NCBI GenBank assembly: GCA_963664225.1
Contig: OY760937.1
Coordinates: 512,001 to 576,000, forward strand
Direction: 5' to 3'
DNA from: Verrucomicrobiia bacterium
GTDB lineage: Bacteria > Verrucomicrobiota > Verrucomicrobiia > Limisphaerales > UBA1319
DNA length: 64,000 nt
Program-made: the position numbers and the translations under genes
In this document: positions 1 to 8,773 of the stretch, piece by piece
How the letters are laid out: each line of letters starts with the position of its first letter
Numbering within the stretch: the stretch's first letter is position 1
The notes under the pieces: generated by a model
Told to the model about the DNA's origin: nothing
Seen by the model: the letters and a program-made list of their open reading frames with translations, nothing else
Databases searched by the model: none

Positions 1-621
1 CGTGTCACCTGCAAAAACCACATACGCCAGTTCATCCTGGCATCGCATCTCTACGCCCATGATTTTCGTGACTTCCTCCCTCCCGGCCAATCCGACAACG
101 CCAATGAATTGGACGAGCATGTTCCCGTGCTTTCCACACTGACCCGCAGCAACCTCATCTCTTATTCCGGCAATTATCGAATCATTGACTGTCCCAGCCT
201 GGGCAAGCCCTTCAACCAAAGGGATGGTTGGCCGGAGCCTGGATACGGATTCATCATCGGTTACAACTATTTGGGCGGGCACACCAACACCCCCTGGCCC
301 GCACTGCCGGATTTCACCGAAGTCTGGACGTCCCCGAGAACCGCTACCGACAAACCCACACTGGCCCTGGTGACCGACCTCAACGATTATTCTCCGGGTT
401 ATCGTAAGACCTTTGCGCCCCACGGCGCCCACGGGCCTATCCTGCGTGACTCGGATTTTTCAAATGCTTCCGCCGAAGGGGCCTCCCCGGCGAGCATTGG
501 AGCGGACGGGGGAAATGTGGGATTGCTGGATGGCTCGGTATCCTGGAAACGCATTAAAGCCATGCGGACCTATCGTGGTTCCCAAATGTGGGAAGATCAA
601 GGCTGCTACGCCATGTGGTAG
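1..621 (+). CDS. Prepilin-type N-terminal cleavage / DUF1559 (H-X9-DG-like) protein, 5' truncated by window edge
   Basis: Frame 1 is open from base 1 (RVTCKNHIRQFILASHLYAHDFRDFLP, the typical CxxNxRQ...YxxD segment). C-terminal GGNVGLLDGSVSW motif; TAG at 619-621. Confidence 0.8.
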   Translation, partial: RVTCKNHIRQFILASHLYAHDFRDFLPPGQSDNANELDEHVPVLSTLTRSNLISYSGNYRIIDCPSLGKPFNQRDGWPEPGYGFIIGYNYLGGHTNTPWPALPDFTEVWTSPRTATDKPTLALVTDLNDYSPGYRKTFAPHGAHGPILRDSDFSNASAEGASPASIGADGGNVGLLDGSVSWKRIKAMRTYRGSQMWEDQGCYAMW

Positions 622-710
622 CGCTGAAAAGTCTCCCCAAGTCCCATGATACCACACTCGCTATTTGTGTCAGCCATATTAACCAATTAACCAGGAAAAC
701 AAAGGCCGCC

Positions 711-739
711 GGGTAGCACCTCTTTTTGGCATAACGATG
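711..739. repeat. Left arm of imperfect inverted repeat flanking the OLD/UvrD cassette
   Basis: GGGTAGCA-N14-AACGATG here; the reverse complement of 4680-4710 reads GGGTAGCA-N16-AACGATG. Confidence 0.35.
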
Positions 740-822
740 CCCCCTCTCGGGTAACAGTGAATTTTGGCGCGCGGTGCCAGGGGCAGCGTCTTCGACTATG
801 GATACTAGGAGGGACATAAGGA

Positions 823-2736
823 CTAAACAGTGATTCCCATTTCGGACAGGAAGCGAGAAGGTGACTTCCCATAACCGAAATACCGTGCCGAATATGTGAT
901 GGTCAGCGCTTCCTCGGCTCTCGTGATTGCGACGAAACAATTCCTGCGCTCTTCCCTCATCTCAAAGCTATCGTCACCCTTCTTCGTGGCCGCCCAACTC
1001 GGAAGCTGATCCTCAACGAGACCAATGAGATAAACGCGTTTGAACTCCAAGCCCTTCGAGCTGTGGATTGTTAGACAGCGAACGGCGTCTTTAGGTGGTG
1101 GTGTTTCCTTTGAGCGAAGGTCGAACTCTTGAAGCAGAGAGTGGAGGCTCACTTCGGCCTTTCCATACTGTTGAATGACCTCCTGCTGTAACAAATTCCA
1201 GACTTCCTTCTCTTCCTGATACTCGTCGAAAGCAGTGTCAACGGCAGTGGAATGGTTCTGGAGTGCTTCGAACCACGAGAAAGCAGCTTCGATGAATGCC
1301 CAGTGGTCAACGCGCTCCAGCAGAGTGCTCTTCGTCTGCTCAAGAAATGCCCGCGTAGGAGCCGAAACGGTTTCCTGTCCGAGCGAGGCTTCAAGCCAGC
1401 TCCGCAAGTAGTCCCCATTTTGGAATGAGGACGCCGCAACCACGTCCTCCACCCTGATGTTGTTTCCCGCGAGAGAATAGAAAGCCTTACACACTTTTCG
1501 AAGCTGCTCCCGGTCCTGTCGTGCGTTCGCGAGCCGTAGTGCCGCGTGCAACCAAGAAACTGGCGCACTGATAAACTGACTTTTCCTCACAGCGAGGCAA
1601 GCAGGCACGCTTTTTTGTATGCACTCCGCAATCACCGCGTCCAAAAGTTTCTTACTCCGACCGAGAACCACACAGTGATTCCGGCCTTCCGGCGATGTCT
1701 GTTTTAGCTCGGAAACAACCCATGCGACTTCTTGGCTGAAATCACCAAAATGAAACACTCTCAAATGGGAATCAGTCGTTGATACCTTATGCGCTTTGAG
1801 GCGCTCCTTACCCACAGACCGATCAAGGTTGTGGATGATCAGATTGTTCGCCAACTCGATAACTGCTGGCGGGCAGCGGTAATTCTCTGGCAACTGCACC
1901 ATTCCCATCGAGAAGCGCTTTAGTAGTTCTTGAAGGCGTTTTGGGTTTGCTCCGTTCCATTGGTAAATCAGCTGGTCGTCATCAGCCACGACGAACAAGT
2001 TTGGCCTCTCCGCCGGAACGAGTGAGCAAAGGAGTCGGAATTGTGTTTCGTTGGTGTCCTGGAACTCGTCGACACACACGAAGCGATAGACGCGCTGAAA
2101 CTGCTTCGCGATTGCCGGGCGCTCTTCCAGCAATTGAACCGCCATGCCGATGAGCGACGCAAAATCTAAGTGGTTTCCCTTGACGAGCTCGGCACGGTAA
2201 GCATTGAACAGTTGGGACAAAAATTCTTTGTGCTTATGCCCGCTCAGCCGGTCGGCCAGTTCATTGGGGTTAGAGCACTCAGCGAGCATCTTATCAATCA
2301 CCGGCAATGCATTGGCGGCTCCCGATATCGTGTCGGCGACATCGTCGCTAAGACTTTTCATCGCCTCGGTGGCGACCGACTCACGGTCTGCCTGCTCGAC
2401 GAGGATTGTAAAGTCTGGCCGCAGTCCAATGTGATGTCCATGTTGTCGCAAAATCTCGGCTGCTAATGAATGGAACGTCGTCAGCAACGCTCGCTCTTTT
2501 CCCGACTTCAACAGACATTCAAGGCGGGTTCGCATCTCCGCCGCCGCCTTGTTGGTGAAGGTCACGCCAAGTATTCGGAAACGTTCGCCGGAGGAATCGT
2601 TGAGAAGTCGTGCGATCCGATAAGTCAGCACACGGGTCTTTCCTGAACCGGGACCGGCCAGCACTAGCAGCGGCCCATCGTTCCATTGCACGGCTTCGAC
2701 TTGTTTATCGTTCAGCGTTGAGAAGTCGATGCTCAT
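823..2736 (-). CDS. UvrD/Rep/PcrA superfamily 1 helicase (GajB-like partner of OLD nuclease), 637 aa
   Basis: Motifs LAGPGSGKT, TFTNKAA, VDEFQDTN, DDDQLIYQWNGA, ENYRC, TIHSSKGLEF, EERRNCFVAITRAEE. ATG at 2736 overlaps the upstream TGA (ATGA coupling). Confidence 0.93.
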   Translation of the reverse strand: MSIDFSTLNDKQVEAVQWNDGPLLVLAGPGSGKTRVLTYRIARLLNDSSGERFRILGVTFTNKAAAEMRTRLECLLKSGKERALLTTFHSLAAEILRQHGHHIGLRPDFTILVEQADRESVATEAMKSLSDDVADTISGAANALPVIDKMLAECSNPNELADRLSGHKHKEFLSQLFNAYRAELVKGNHLDFASLIGMAVQLLEERPAIAKQFQRVYRFVCVDEFQDTNETQFRLLCSLVPAERPNLFVVADDDQLIYQWNGANPKRLQELLKRFSMGMVQLPENYRCPPAVIELANNLIIHNLDRSVGKERLKAHKVSTTDSHLRVFHFGDFSQEVAWVVSELKQTSPEGRNHCVVLGRSKKLLDAVIAECIQKSVPACLAVRKSQFISAPVSWLHAALRLANARQDREQLRKVCKAFYSLAGNNIRVEDVVAASSFQNGDYLRSWLEASLGQETVSAPTRAFLEQTKSTLLERVDHWAFIEAAFSWFEALQNHSTAVDTAFDEYQEEKEVWNLLQQEVIQQYGKAEVSLHSLLQEFDLRSKETPPPKDAVRCLTIHSSKGLEFKRVYLIGLVEDQLPSWAATKKGDDSFEMREERRNCFVAITRAEEALTITYSARYFGYGKSPSRFLSEMGITV

Positions 2737-4481
2737 AGTCGTGCGTTTTTCACAGTGGCTGCGATGACGTCTTGAATCACTTGAGGTAAACCCGGCGAGC
2801 CGGCTTGCCGCGCAGCTTCTAGCGCGGCAATAGCGAGGTGTGGTTTTGAAGTCGATCGAACCGCACGCTTGATGGTCTGCGCAATCGGGTCTGCGGGCGG
2901 CGGTAGAGCAACCCATTGGCAAGGCTGCCCATTCGCGCATTGTTTCGCCTGTGGCGGTGGCTGCGGAGCAGCGTTTCCTGCCGCAGTCACATAAATTTGG
3001 GAATAGCCGTGATGCCAGAGGCAATGTTCAATATCTCTGCGAGGAAGAACAGTGATGCGCCGAGGCTCTGGAACACCCGCCAAATAGTTGCGCGCAGTTG
3101 CTGCGTAACTTTGTCCTGCCTGGTCCCCGTCTCCAAGGACATGCCATTCGATTCCCAGATCAGCTGCTAGCTTGATTAGCGGGGCAAGGCCACACTGTGC
3201 GAACTCCACGCAGCATACGCCTTCCAACTCAAAATCATAACCGAGAAGTTGGGCAGCCTCCGGGAGGAACCAAAATTCACTTTCACCTTCAACGAGGAGC
3301 CAAGATTTCGCGAACAGAAGATTCCCTCGCTTCGCTCTCACATGGTAAGCGATTTTGCGCTCATCCTCGGGATTAAGTGTCCCGGATTTTACCTGAAATA
3401 CTTCGACCTTTCCAGCTTTGCGAGCAAGGCGACGAATCGATTTCAAAGGAACGGCTGCGAGCAGTTCACCAGAATGTGTCGCGACAATTTTCTGTCCTTT
3501 GAGGGATTGTAGCACCTTCCACAATGAGCGTACCGCTGATGGATGGAGATGCGATTCCGGCTCCTCGAGTGCCAACAGAGGTTCTGAGTCCTTATCGTAT
3601 GCCTCGGCCAGCCGTGCGTTGAGGAATGCCTCAAACAGAAAGAGAACGGAGAGGCTTTGAGTTCCTGCTCCGTGCTGCGTAATAGGCAGTTTCGCTCCAC
3701 TCTTGGCTGCTAATTTCACCTGCGTCTTACTGAGCATGTCAAAAATACGCGCCGGAATCGCTTCCACGCTTACGAGGTTAGCTGCGGCCAACGGCACAAG
3801 GGTGCCAGTCTTGGCGACCTGTGTTTTCACCTCATTGAACGGCGTATGCGAATCGAGAACCGACTGGTTGATCGCTTCAATCTGCTGCTCGAGATCAACT
3901 CTGGTCTGCTCGTCAATCTGCGGATTTTTCGTGAACGGCCCCCAGAACGGGGATCGACTTTGGAAATGCTGCCCAGCATCTCTGACCGCCGCCAAGAAGA
4001 ACGCGGGGTTCAACTGCTGAAGCTCAGCAACGATGCGGGGGTTCTTCGCGGTTGGGAGTTCGACGTTGTTGAGATCTAGGAACGACCATTCCAAGGTGAA
4101 GTCCTTGATAGTAGTGTCGTAGGCTGCAACGATGCGAAACCGAACCTCCTGTTTGTTGTCGGCGCGGACCTGCACTGCCTTTTCGAGTCCTTGGACGATT
4201 GCATCAGGCCATTCGTCTTCGGCCGATTCAACGAACGTAAAGTCCATCTCAATTGGCGGCGCGGCACTTGGGTCTGGCTTGGCAGCAGTGAGGTGAAAAT
4301 CGTATTCGCCGAACGGCACAACCTTCCGCGACAGGTTCCGACTCAAGCAGGTGTGAACAGCCTCCAAGATGCTGGTCTTCCCTGTATTGTTTTCACCAAT
4401 TAGGACCGTGCATGGCTCCAAGGGGACAGTCAGTTTTTCGATCCCCCTGAAGTTCTTGATAGTGATTTGGGTCAGTAGCAT
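2733..4481 (-). CDS. OLD-family ATP-dependent endonuclease (ABC ATPase + TOPRIM; YbjD/DUF2813-like, GajA-like)
   Basis: IKNFRGI start, Walker A GENNTGKTS, signature HGAGTQS, Walker B LEEPESHLHP, H-loop ATHS, TOPRIM LLVEGESE and DGDQAG. Confidence 0.92.
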   Translation of the reverse strand: MLLTQITIKNFRGIEKLTVPLEPCTVLIGENNTGKTSILEAVHTCLSRNLSRKVVPFGEYDFHLTAAKPDPSAAPPIEMDFTFVESAEDEWPDAIVQGLEKAVQVRADNKQEVRFRIVAAYDTTIKDFTLEWSFLDLNNVELPTAKNPRIVAELQQLNPAFFLAAVRDAGQHFQSRSPFWGPFTKNPQIDEQTRVDLEQQIEAINQSVLDSHTPFNEVKTQVAKTGTLVPLAAANLVSVEAIPARIFDMLSKTQVKLAAKSGAKLPITQHGAGTQSLSVLFLFEAFLNARLAEAYDKDSEPLLALEEPESHLHPSAVRSLWKVLQSLKGQKIVATHSGELLAAVPLKSIRRLARKAGKVEVFQVKSGTLNPEDERKIAYHVRAKRGNLLFAKSWLLVEGESEFWFLPEAAQLLGYDFELEGVCCVEFAQCGLAPLIKLAADLGIEWHVLGDGDQAGQSYAATARNYLAGVPEPRRITVLPRRDIEHCLWHHGYSQIYVTAAGNAAPQPPPQAKQCANGQPCQWVALPPPADPIAQTIKRAVRSTSKPHLAIAALEAARQAGSPGLPQVIQDVIAATVKNARL

Positions 4482-4679
4482 GGCGGTTATTTCCTTCGTG
4501 TTATTACGCACTTTGGGCTCAGCAGGTTCGGCAACAGCGTAAATGTAAAGGGGTCACCCATAGTATTGTCCGTTTTTCAGGTTTGTTCCCCATCACGTGT
4601 CCTGAGATGTGCTTGCCCGGACCAATCTAGGCCATACAATAAGATTTGGCCTATGGCTTGGCCGTTCTCATGGCAATCA

Positions 4680-4710
4680 CATCGTTGACAACAAACGCAC
4701 TCTGCTACCC
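4680..4710. repeat. Right arm of imperfect inverted repeat flanking the OLD/UvrD cassette
   Basis: CATCGTT...TGCTACCC, reverse-complementary to the two conserved blocks at 711-739. Confidence 0.35.
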
Positions 4711-4808
4711 AAAAACTGCCTTGGCAACAGGTATTATGCCGCCAGCCCCCCGCTTTTTTGACGAAGGACCAAGGACTACGGACGTTTTTTACTGAGCTCT
4801 TGTAGTTG

Positions 4809-4864
4809 CTGCCCTCTGCCCTTCGCCCTCTGCCCTCTGACCTCTGACCTCTCACCTCTGACCT
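4809..4864. repeat. Heptamer tandem repeat (CTGMCCT)x8, degenerate
   Basis: ctgccct ctgccct tcgccct ctgccct ctgacct ctgacct ctcacct ctgacct. A second short 7-bp-period run (gacgaag gaccaag gactacg gacg) lies at 4760-4784. Confidence 0.9.
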
Positions 4865-4894
4865 CTGGTTTGCCCTCCGCCAAAGTTCCAAAAG

Positions 4895-5506
4895 TCAACC
4901 CGGTTGACCAGCGATCAACCCAAAATCAACGCGTTGACCGAGCAACACGCGCACGTCCACCGCTTCCATGCCTGCGGCGCGAATGGCCTGCATGCCTAGG
5001 TCCGTGTCCTCGTAGGCGCGGCAGTGTTCCGGCGGAACTCCCACGCGCCGAGCTGCTTCCAAAAACACATCCGGTGCCGGTTTGCCATGAACCACATCTT
5101 CGCTGGTCACAATGGCCTCAAACCAATCCAGTATCCCCAAGTGCCCCAACACTTTCTGCATGATAAAGCGATTTCCTCCCGTCGCCACCGCCATGGGAAT
5201 CCTTCCGCGGTTGGCCCTCGCAATCGCCACAACGGGCTCGATGGGAGTGATTTGCGACAATTGACTCAAATACATTTCCTCTTTCTCAATGGAAATCGCC
5301 TCCGCATCCAGACTCAATCCCTGTTCACGGGCCAGCATTTCCACGATGTGGCGTGAGGGAACTCCGCCCAGTGAATAGAATTTGCCCTTGGGAAATTGAA
5401 ATCCGTACTTTTGCGCAATCTTTTGCCACGCAATGAAATGCAGCGGCATGCTGTCCGCCAATGTGCCGTCGCAATCGAAGATCAAACCTTTAATTTTGGA
5501 GTCCAT
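4895..5506 (-). CDS. HAD-superfamily phosphatase (beta-phosphoglucomutase/YqaB-like)
   Basis: Motif I FDCDGTLADS, motif III GKPAPD, motif IV YEDTDLG. Confidence 0.9.
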   Translation of the reverse strand: MDSKIKGLIFDCDGTLADSMPLHFIAWQKIAQKYGFQFPKGKFYSLGGVPSRHIVEMLAREQGLSLDAEAISIEKEEMYLSQLSQITPIEPVVAIARANRGRIPMAVATGGNRFIMQKVLGHLGILDWFEAIVTSEDVVHGKPAPDVFLEAARRVGVPPEHCRAYEDTDLGMQAIRAAGMEAVDVRVLLGQRVDFGLIAGQPG

Positions 5507-5570
5507 AATAGGGAAAAAAGGGCCGGATTAAGAGCCGCCAGAAATCGAGAATATGCTCCACCTGAAGTCT

Positions 5571-6650
5571 TTATACAGAAAGAGTGGCCAGCTTTTCCTG
5601 CAGGGCGTTATCCATCAATGGCTGAATAATGCAATCCAGATCGCCATCGATGAACGTGGGCAAGTTGTACAGAGTCAACTCGATGCGATGATCTGTCACG
5701 CGGTTCTGAGGAAAATTATAGGTGCGAATGCGCTCATTGCGCTCGCCGGTGCCCACCTGGGCCTTGCGCTGGGCCGCGTATTTGGCATCTTCATCCGCAA
5801 TCTTGCGTTCCAAAAGACGTGAACGCAACACTTTGAGCGCCTGAGCTTTATTCTTCTGTTGCGACCGTTGATCGGCACAACGCACGATCAATCCGCTGGG
5901 TTTATGAATGATTTGAACCGCCGAGTCGGTGGTGTTCACGCCCTGACCGCCAGGCCCCGATGCCCGGCAAACCGTGATGTCCAGATCCTCTGTTTTGATC
6001 TCGATATCCACTTCCTCAGCTTCGGGAAGAACCGCAACGGTGGCGGTGCTGGTATGGATGCGGCCCTGGGCCTCTGTCGCTGGAACCCGTTGCACCCGAT
6101 GGACTCCGCTCTCATACTTGAGCCGTTTATATACGTCCGTTCCAGTGATGCTGAAAATGATTTCCCTGAAACCGCCCAATTCCGACGGGCTTGAATCCAT
6201 CGTTTCCACCCGCCATTTCTGAGTTTCGGAATAGCGCGTGTACATGCGATAGAGGTCGGCGGCAAAAAGGGCGGACTCCATCCCTCCTGCGCCGGCACGG
6301 ATTTCGACAATCGTGTTGCGGGAATCAGTGGGATCCGGCGGCAAAATTCCCCGTTGGACTTCCTTCTCAAGTCGTTGAGCTTGAGCCTCCAACCTTGTTA
6401 TATCCTCGCGGGCCATCAAGCCCATTTCGGAGTCAGGTCCTTCGGTTTTAAGCAGCGCACGGCTCTCCTCCAGATCGGCACACGTCTTGAGATAGCCCTG
6501 ACAGAAACCAACCAGTTCCTTCAGTCGGGCGTATTCACGGCTCAAGTCCTGCGCGCGCTGCGGATTATCAAAGACCTTGGGGTCGCTTAACGCGGCCTCG
6601 ACTTCCGCAAAACGCCGAAGTAGTTTATCGATATGGGGTTGCAGGTCCAT
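5571..6650 (-). CDS. prfA: Peptide chain release factor 1
   Basis: GGQ motif (ASGPGGQGVNTTDSAV), PAT tripeptide (RVPATE), ERIRTYNFPQNRVTDHR. Confidence 0.97.
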   Translation of the reverse strand: MDLQPHIDKLLRRFAEVEAALSDPKVFDNPQRAQDLSREYARLKELVGFCQGYLKTCADLEESRALLKTEGPDSEMGLMAREDITRLEAQAQRLEKEVQRGILPPDPTDSRNTIVEIRAGAGGMESALFAADLYRMYTRYSETQKWRVETMDSSPSELGGFREIIFSITGTDVYKRLKYESGVHRVQRVPATEAQGRIHTSTATVAVLPEAEEVDIEIKTEDLDITVCRASGPGGQGVNTTDSAVQIIHKPSGLIVRCADQRSQQKNKAQALKVLRSRLLERKIADEDAKYAAQRKAQVGTGERNERIRTYNFPQNRVTDHRIELTLYNLPTFIDGDLDCIIQPLMDNALQEKLATLSV

Positions 6651-6671
6651 TACAGGAGCGATGCCGACGGT

Positions 6672-6720
6672 AAAAAAGGCACGCCCGCATGGAGGAAGAA
6701 CCTCGATGCGGGCGGGCGTC
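6672..6720 (-). terminator. Putative intrinsic terminator after rpmE
   Basis: On the minus strand, a CGCCCGCAT...ATGCGGGCG hairpin followed by TGCC-TTTTTT. Confidence 0.5.
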
Positions 6721-6731
6721 TGAAAAACCGG

Positions 6732-6977
6732 CTATTTCTTCTTTTTCTTGGGTGCAGCCATGGCCGCCTGGGCCGCCTGGGTCTTGGCCAAACGTTGCTG
6801 GAATTTATCGACGCGACCTGCTGTATCGATAAACTTCTGTGTGCCGGTGTAAAAAGGATGGCACATATTGCAAATACCAATCACAACTGACGGCCTGGTC
6901 GAGCGGGTTTTAATGATGTTCCCGCAGGCGCATCGTATTTCCGCATCAATATATTTCGGATGTATCGTCTCTCTCAT
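6732..6977 (-). CDS. rpmE: 50S ribosomal protein L31, Zn-binding type, 81 aa
   Basis: IHPKY...CACG...CNMCHPFYTG...GRVDKF. The true start is ATG 6977, not the longer ORF in the track. Confidence 0.96.
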   Translation of the reverse strand: MRETIHPKYIDAEIRCACGNIIKTRSTRPSVVIGICNMCHPFYTGTQKFIDTAGRVDKFQQRLAKTQAAQAAMAAPKKKKK

Positions 6978-7073
6978 AAAAAGGGAGATCACAATAGCCA
7001 ACCCGGAGACGTTGACAAGCGCGATTTTCTCGCCACGGTAAAAAAATAGCGAAATACTTTTCACCTTTGGGGC

Positions 7074-7102
7074 TTTACACCGTAAAAAGTGTGGAATAGC
7101 TT
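7074..7102 (+). promoter_or_regulatory. Putative sigma70 promoter for tatAC
   Basis: TTTACA-N17-TAGCTT, ~30 nt upstream of ATG 7131. Confidence 0.4.
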
Positions 7103-7130
7103 GATACCAACATCGGTACTTATTGATTTT

Positions 7131-7457
7131 ATGAATGTAATGTTTGCAGGAATGATTGGCGGTTGGGAAATGGTCCTGATCCTCGCGGTGGTGTTGGTTT
7201 TGTTCGGGGCAAAGAAACTGCCGGAGCTGGCCAAGGGACTTGGCACCGGCATCAAGGAATTTAAGAAAGCGACGCGCGATGTGCAGGACGAATTGACCAA
7301 TGCCATGGATGACAACCAGAGCCAGCGGCGTTATGTCAGTCAGAACAGCACGCCACCTGCGACCGAGCAGCAATCTCCGTCAACATCTGCTGCGTCGGCC
7401 AGTCCCACTGCGGCCGCTAATCCATCCTCTCCCACACCGCAGGTCAAAGCCCTGTGA
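7131..7457 (+). CDS. tatA: Twin-arginine translocase TatA/TatE subunit
   Basis: [38 protein letters not shown]; followed by tatC. Confidence 0.95.
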   Translation: MNVMFAGMIGGWEMVLILAVVLVLFGAKKLPELAKGLGTGIKEFKKATRDVQDELTNAMDDNQSQRRYVSQNSTPPATEQQSPSTSAASASPTAAANPSSPTPQVKAL

Positions 7458-7488
7458 TTAATTAGCATTAGAAGAAGCGAATCCAATC

Positions 7489-8523
7489 ATGGTGGAGGAG
7501 GGGGAAGAAATACGTACTGAGGTCGAGGAGGAGGAAGACGGCGGTGGCGCCGTTAAGTCCTTTCTCGATCATCTTGAAGATCTTCGATGGGTTCTCATCA
7601 AGTGTGGTGTTGCAGTACTTATTGGGATGATCGTTTGTCTGGCTGCGGGCAACACTTTGATGTCCATCTTGAAATGGCCATTGGAGCGAGCCGGTCACGT
7701 TACTGCCGGAACCAATCAATTCCTCAGGCTTCAGGTTGGCACTAATTTAATTGGCACATTCCGCATGGCGACCAATCGGTATGGTGATTTCGAATTCGGC
7801 ACCAATCAATTGGTTACATTCAAGATGGTGCCCATTGAAATAGGCACAAACCGGGTTCTGGCACTCGAGGCAATTCAAAACGCGCCTGGCGATATTCTTC
7901 CAAAAAATCCTGTTAACCTGCTGAATCTGAGCCCCGCAGGCGGATTCATGACGGCGTTTCAATTGGCGATTTACGGAGGTTTGGTGCTTGCCTCGCCTCT
8001 GGTCATCTTTTACCTGGCTCAGTTTCTCGTGCCAGCGCTCAAGAGGAAGGAAAAGAAGTATGTCCTTAGAGGATTTGGAATTGGAACCGCCTTGTTTTTG
8101 TCGGGCGTGAGTTTCGCTTATTTCGTTCTGATGCCACTGGCGTTAAGTGCCTCCCGGAAATACTCAGAGTGGCTCGGTATTGGCGCTGATCAATGGACGG
8201 CGGAGCAATTCATCAGTTTCACGTGTAAATTCATGCTGGGCATGGGATTGGGTTTTGAGATGCCCGTGATTTTGCTCGTATTTGTCAAACTGGGCATCCT
8301 TGATTACCAAAAATTGGCTGGATTCCGCCGCTACATGATCGTGGTCAACCTGGTCCTTGGCGCTGTTCTGACAACGCCCGAAATTCTGACCCAGGTCATG
8401 ATGGCCCTGCCGCTGCAAATACTATACGAGATCAGCGTATGGATTGCGTGGTATTGGGAACGGCGCGATAAGAAGCGTGCAGCCGCCCTTGAAGCCTCCG
8501 GTGGCGGACCCGATTCCGATTAA
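7489..8523 (+). CDS. tatC: Twin-arginine translocase TatC with insertion in first periplasmic loop
   Basis: SFLDHLEDLR, FLVPALKRKEKK, GLGFEMPV, AVLTTPE, LYEISVW. Confidence 0.95.
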   Translation: MVEEGEEIRTEVEEEEDGGGAVKSFLDHLEDLRWVLIKCGVAVLIGMIVCLAAGNTLMSILKWPLERAGHVTAGTNQFLRLQVGTNLIGTFRMATNRYGDFEFGTNQLVTFKMVPIEIGTNRVLALEAIQNAPGDILPKNPVNLLNLSPAGGFMTAFQLAIYGGLVLASPLVIFYLAQFLVPALKRKEKKYVLRGFGIGTALFLSGVSFAYFVLMPLALSASRKYSEWLGIGADQWTAEQFISFTCKFMLGMGLGFEMPVILLVFVKLGILDYQKLAGFRRYMIVVNLVLGAVLTTPEILTQVMMALPLQILYEISVWIAWYWERRDKKRAAALEASGGGPDSD

Positions 8524-8773
8524 TCAATTTCGCTAACGCCCATGGTCCAAAGTGGATTATGGGCGTTATTCGTTGATTACAAGTGGTTTCTGTGGACTTT
8601 AACTTGGGTATTATCTTTAATTCCATCTTGCTTGTGATTTAGACAGGTTCGCATTCATCATCGCCTGGATTGGCCAATTTGGCTGTTTTCCCTCGACAGA
8701 GCGGGAGGCGGATTGTTAGCTTTTAATAAACCATAATAGGTGCTCCGAGGGTTGAGCTACGATTGGTTTTAAC

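Noticed and set aside
620..823. Integron attC site downstream of the helicase (GCATAAC/GTTATGC)
   Set aside because: Only one core-like heptamer is present, with no matching inverse core forming an attC hairpin and no integrase in the window.
2737..3024. 96-aa N-terminal extension of the helicase ORF in the track (823..3024)
   Set aside because: It overlaps the OLD nuclease C-terminus. UvrD similarity starts at MSIDFSTLN (2736), which has an ATGA coupling.
4577..4891. 104-aa ORF with QRSEVRGQRSE repeats
   Set aside because: It is just a translation of the heptamer microsatellite and has no protein-like features.
6978..7373. 213-aa version of the L31 ORF
   Set aside because: The extension is antisense to tatA; L31 starts at 6977.
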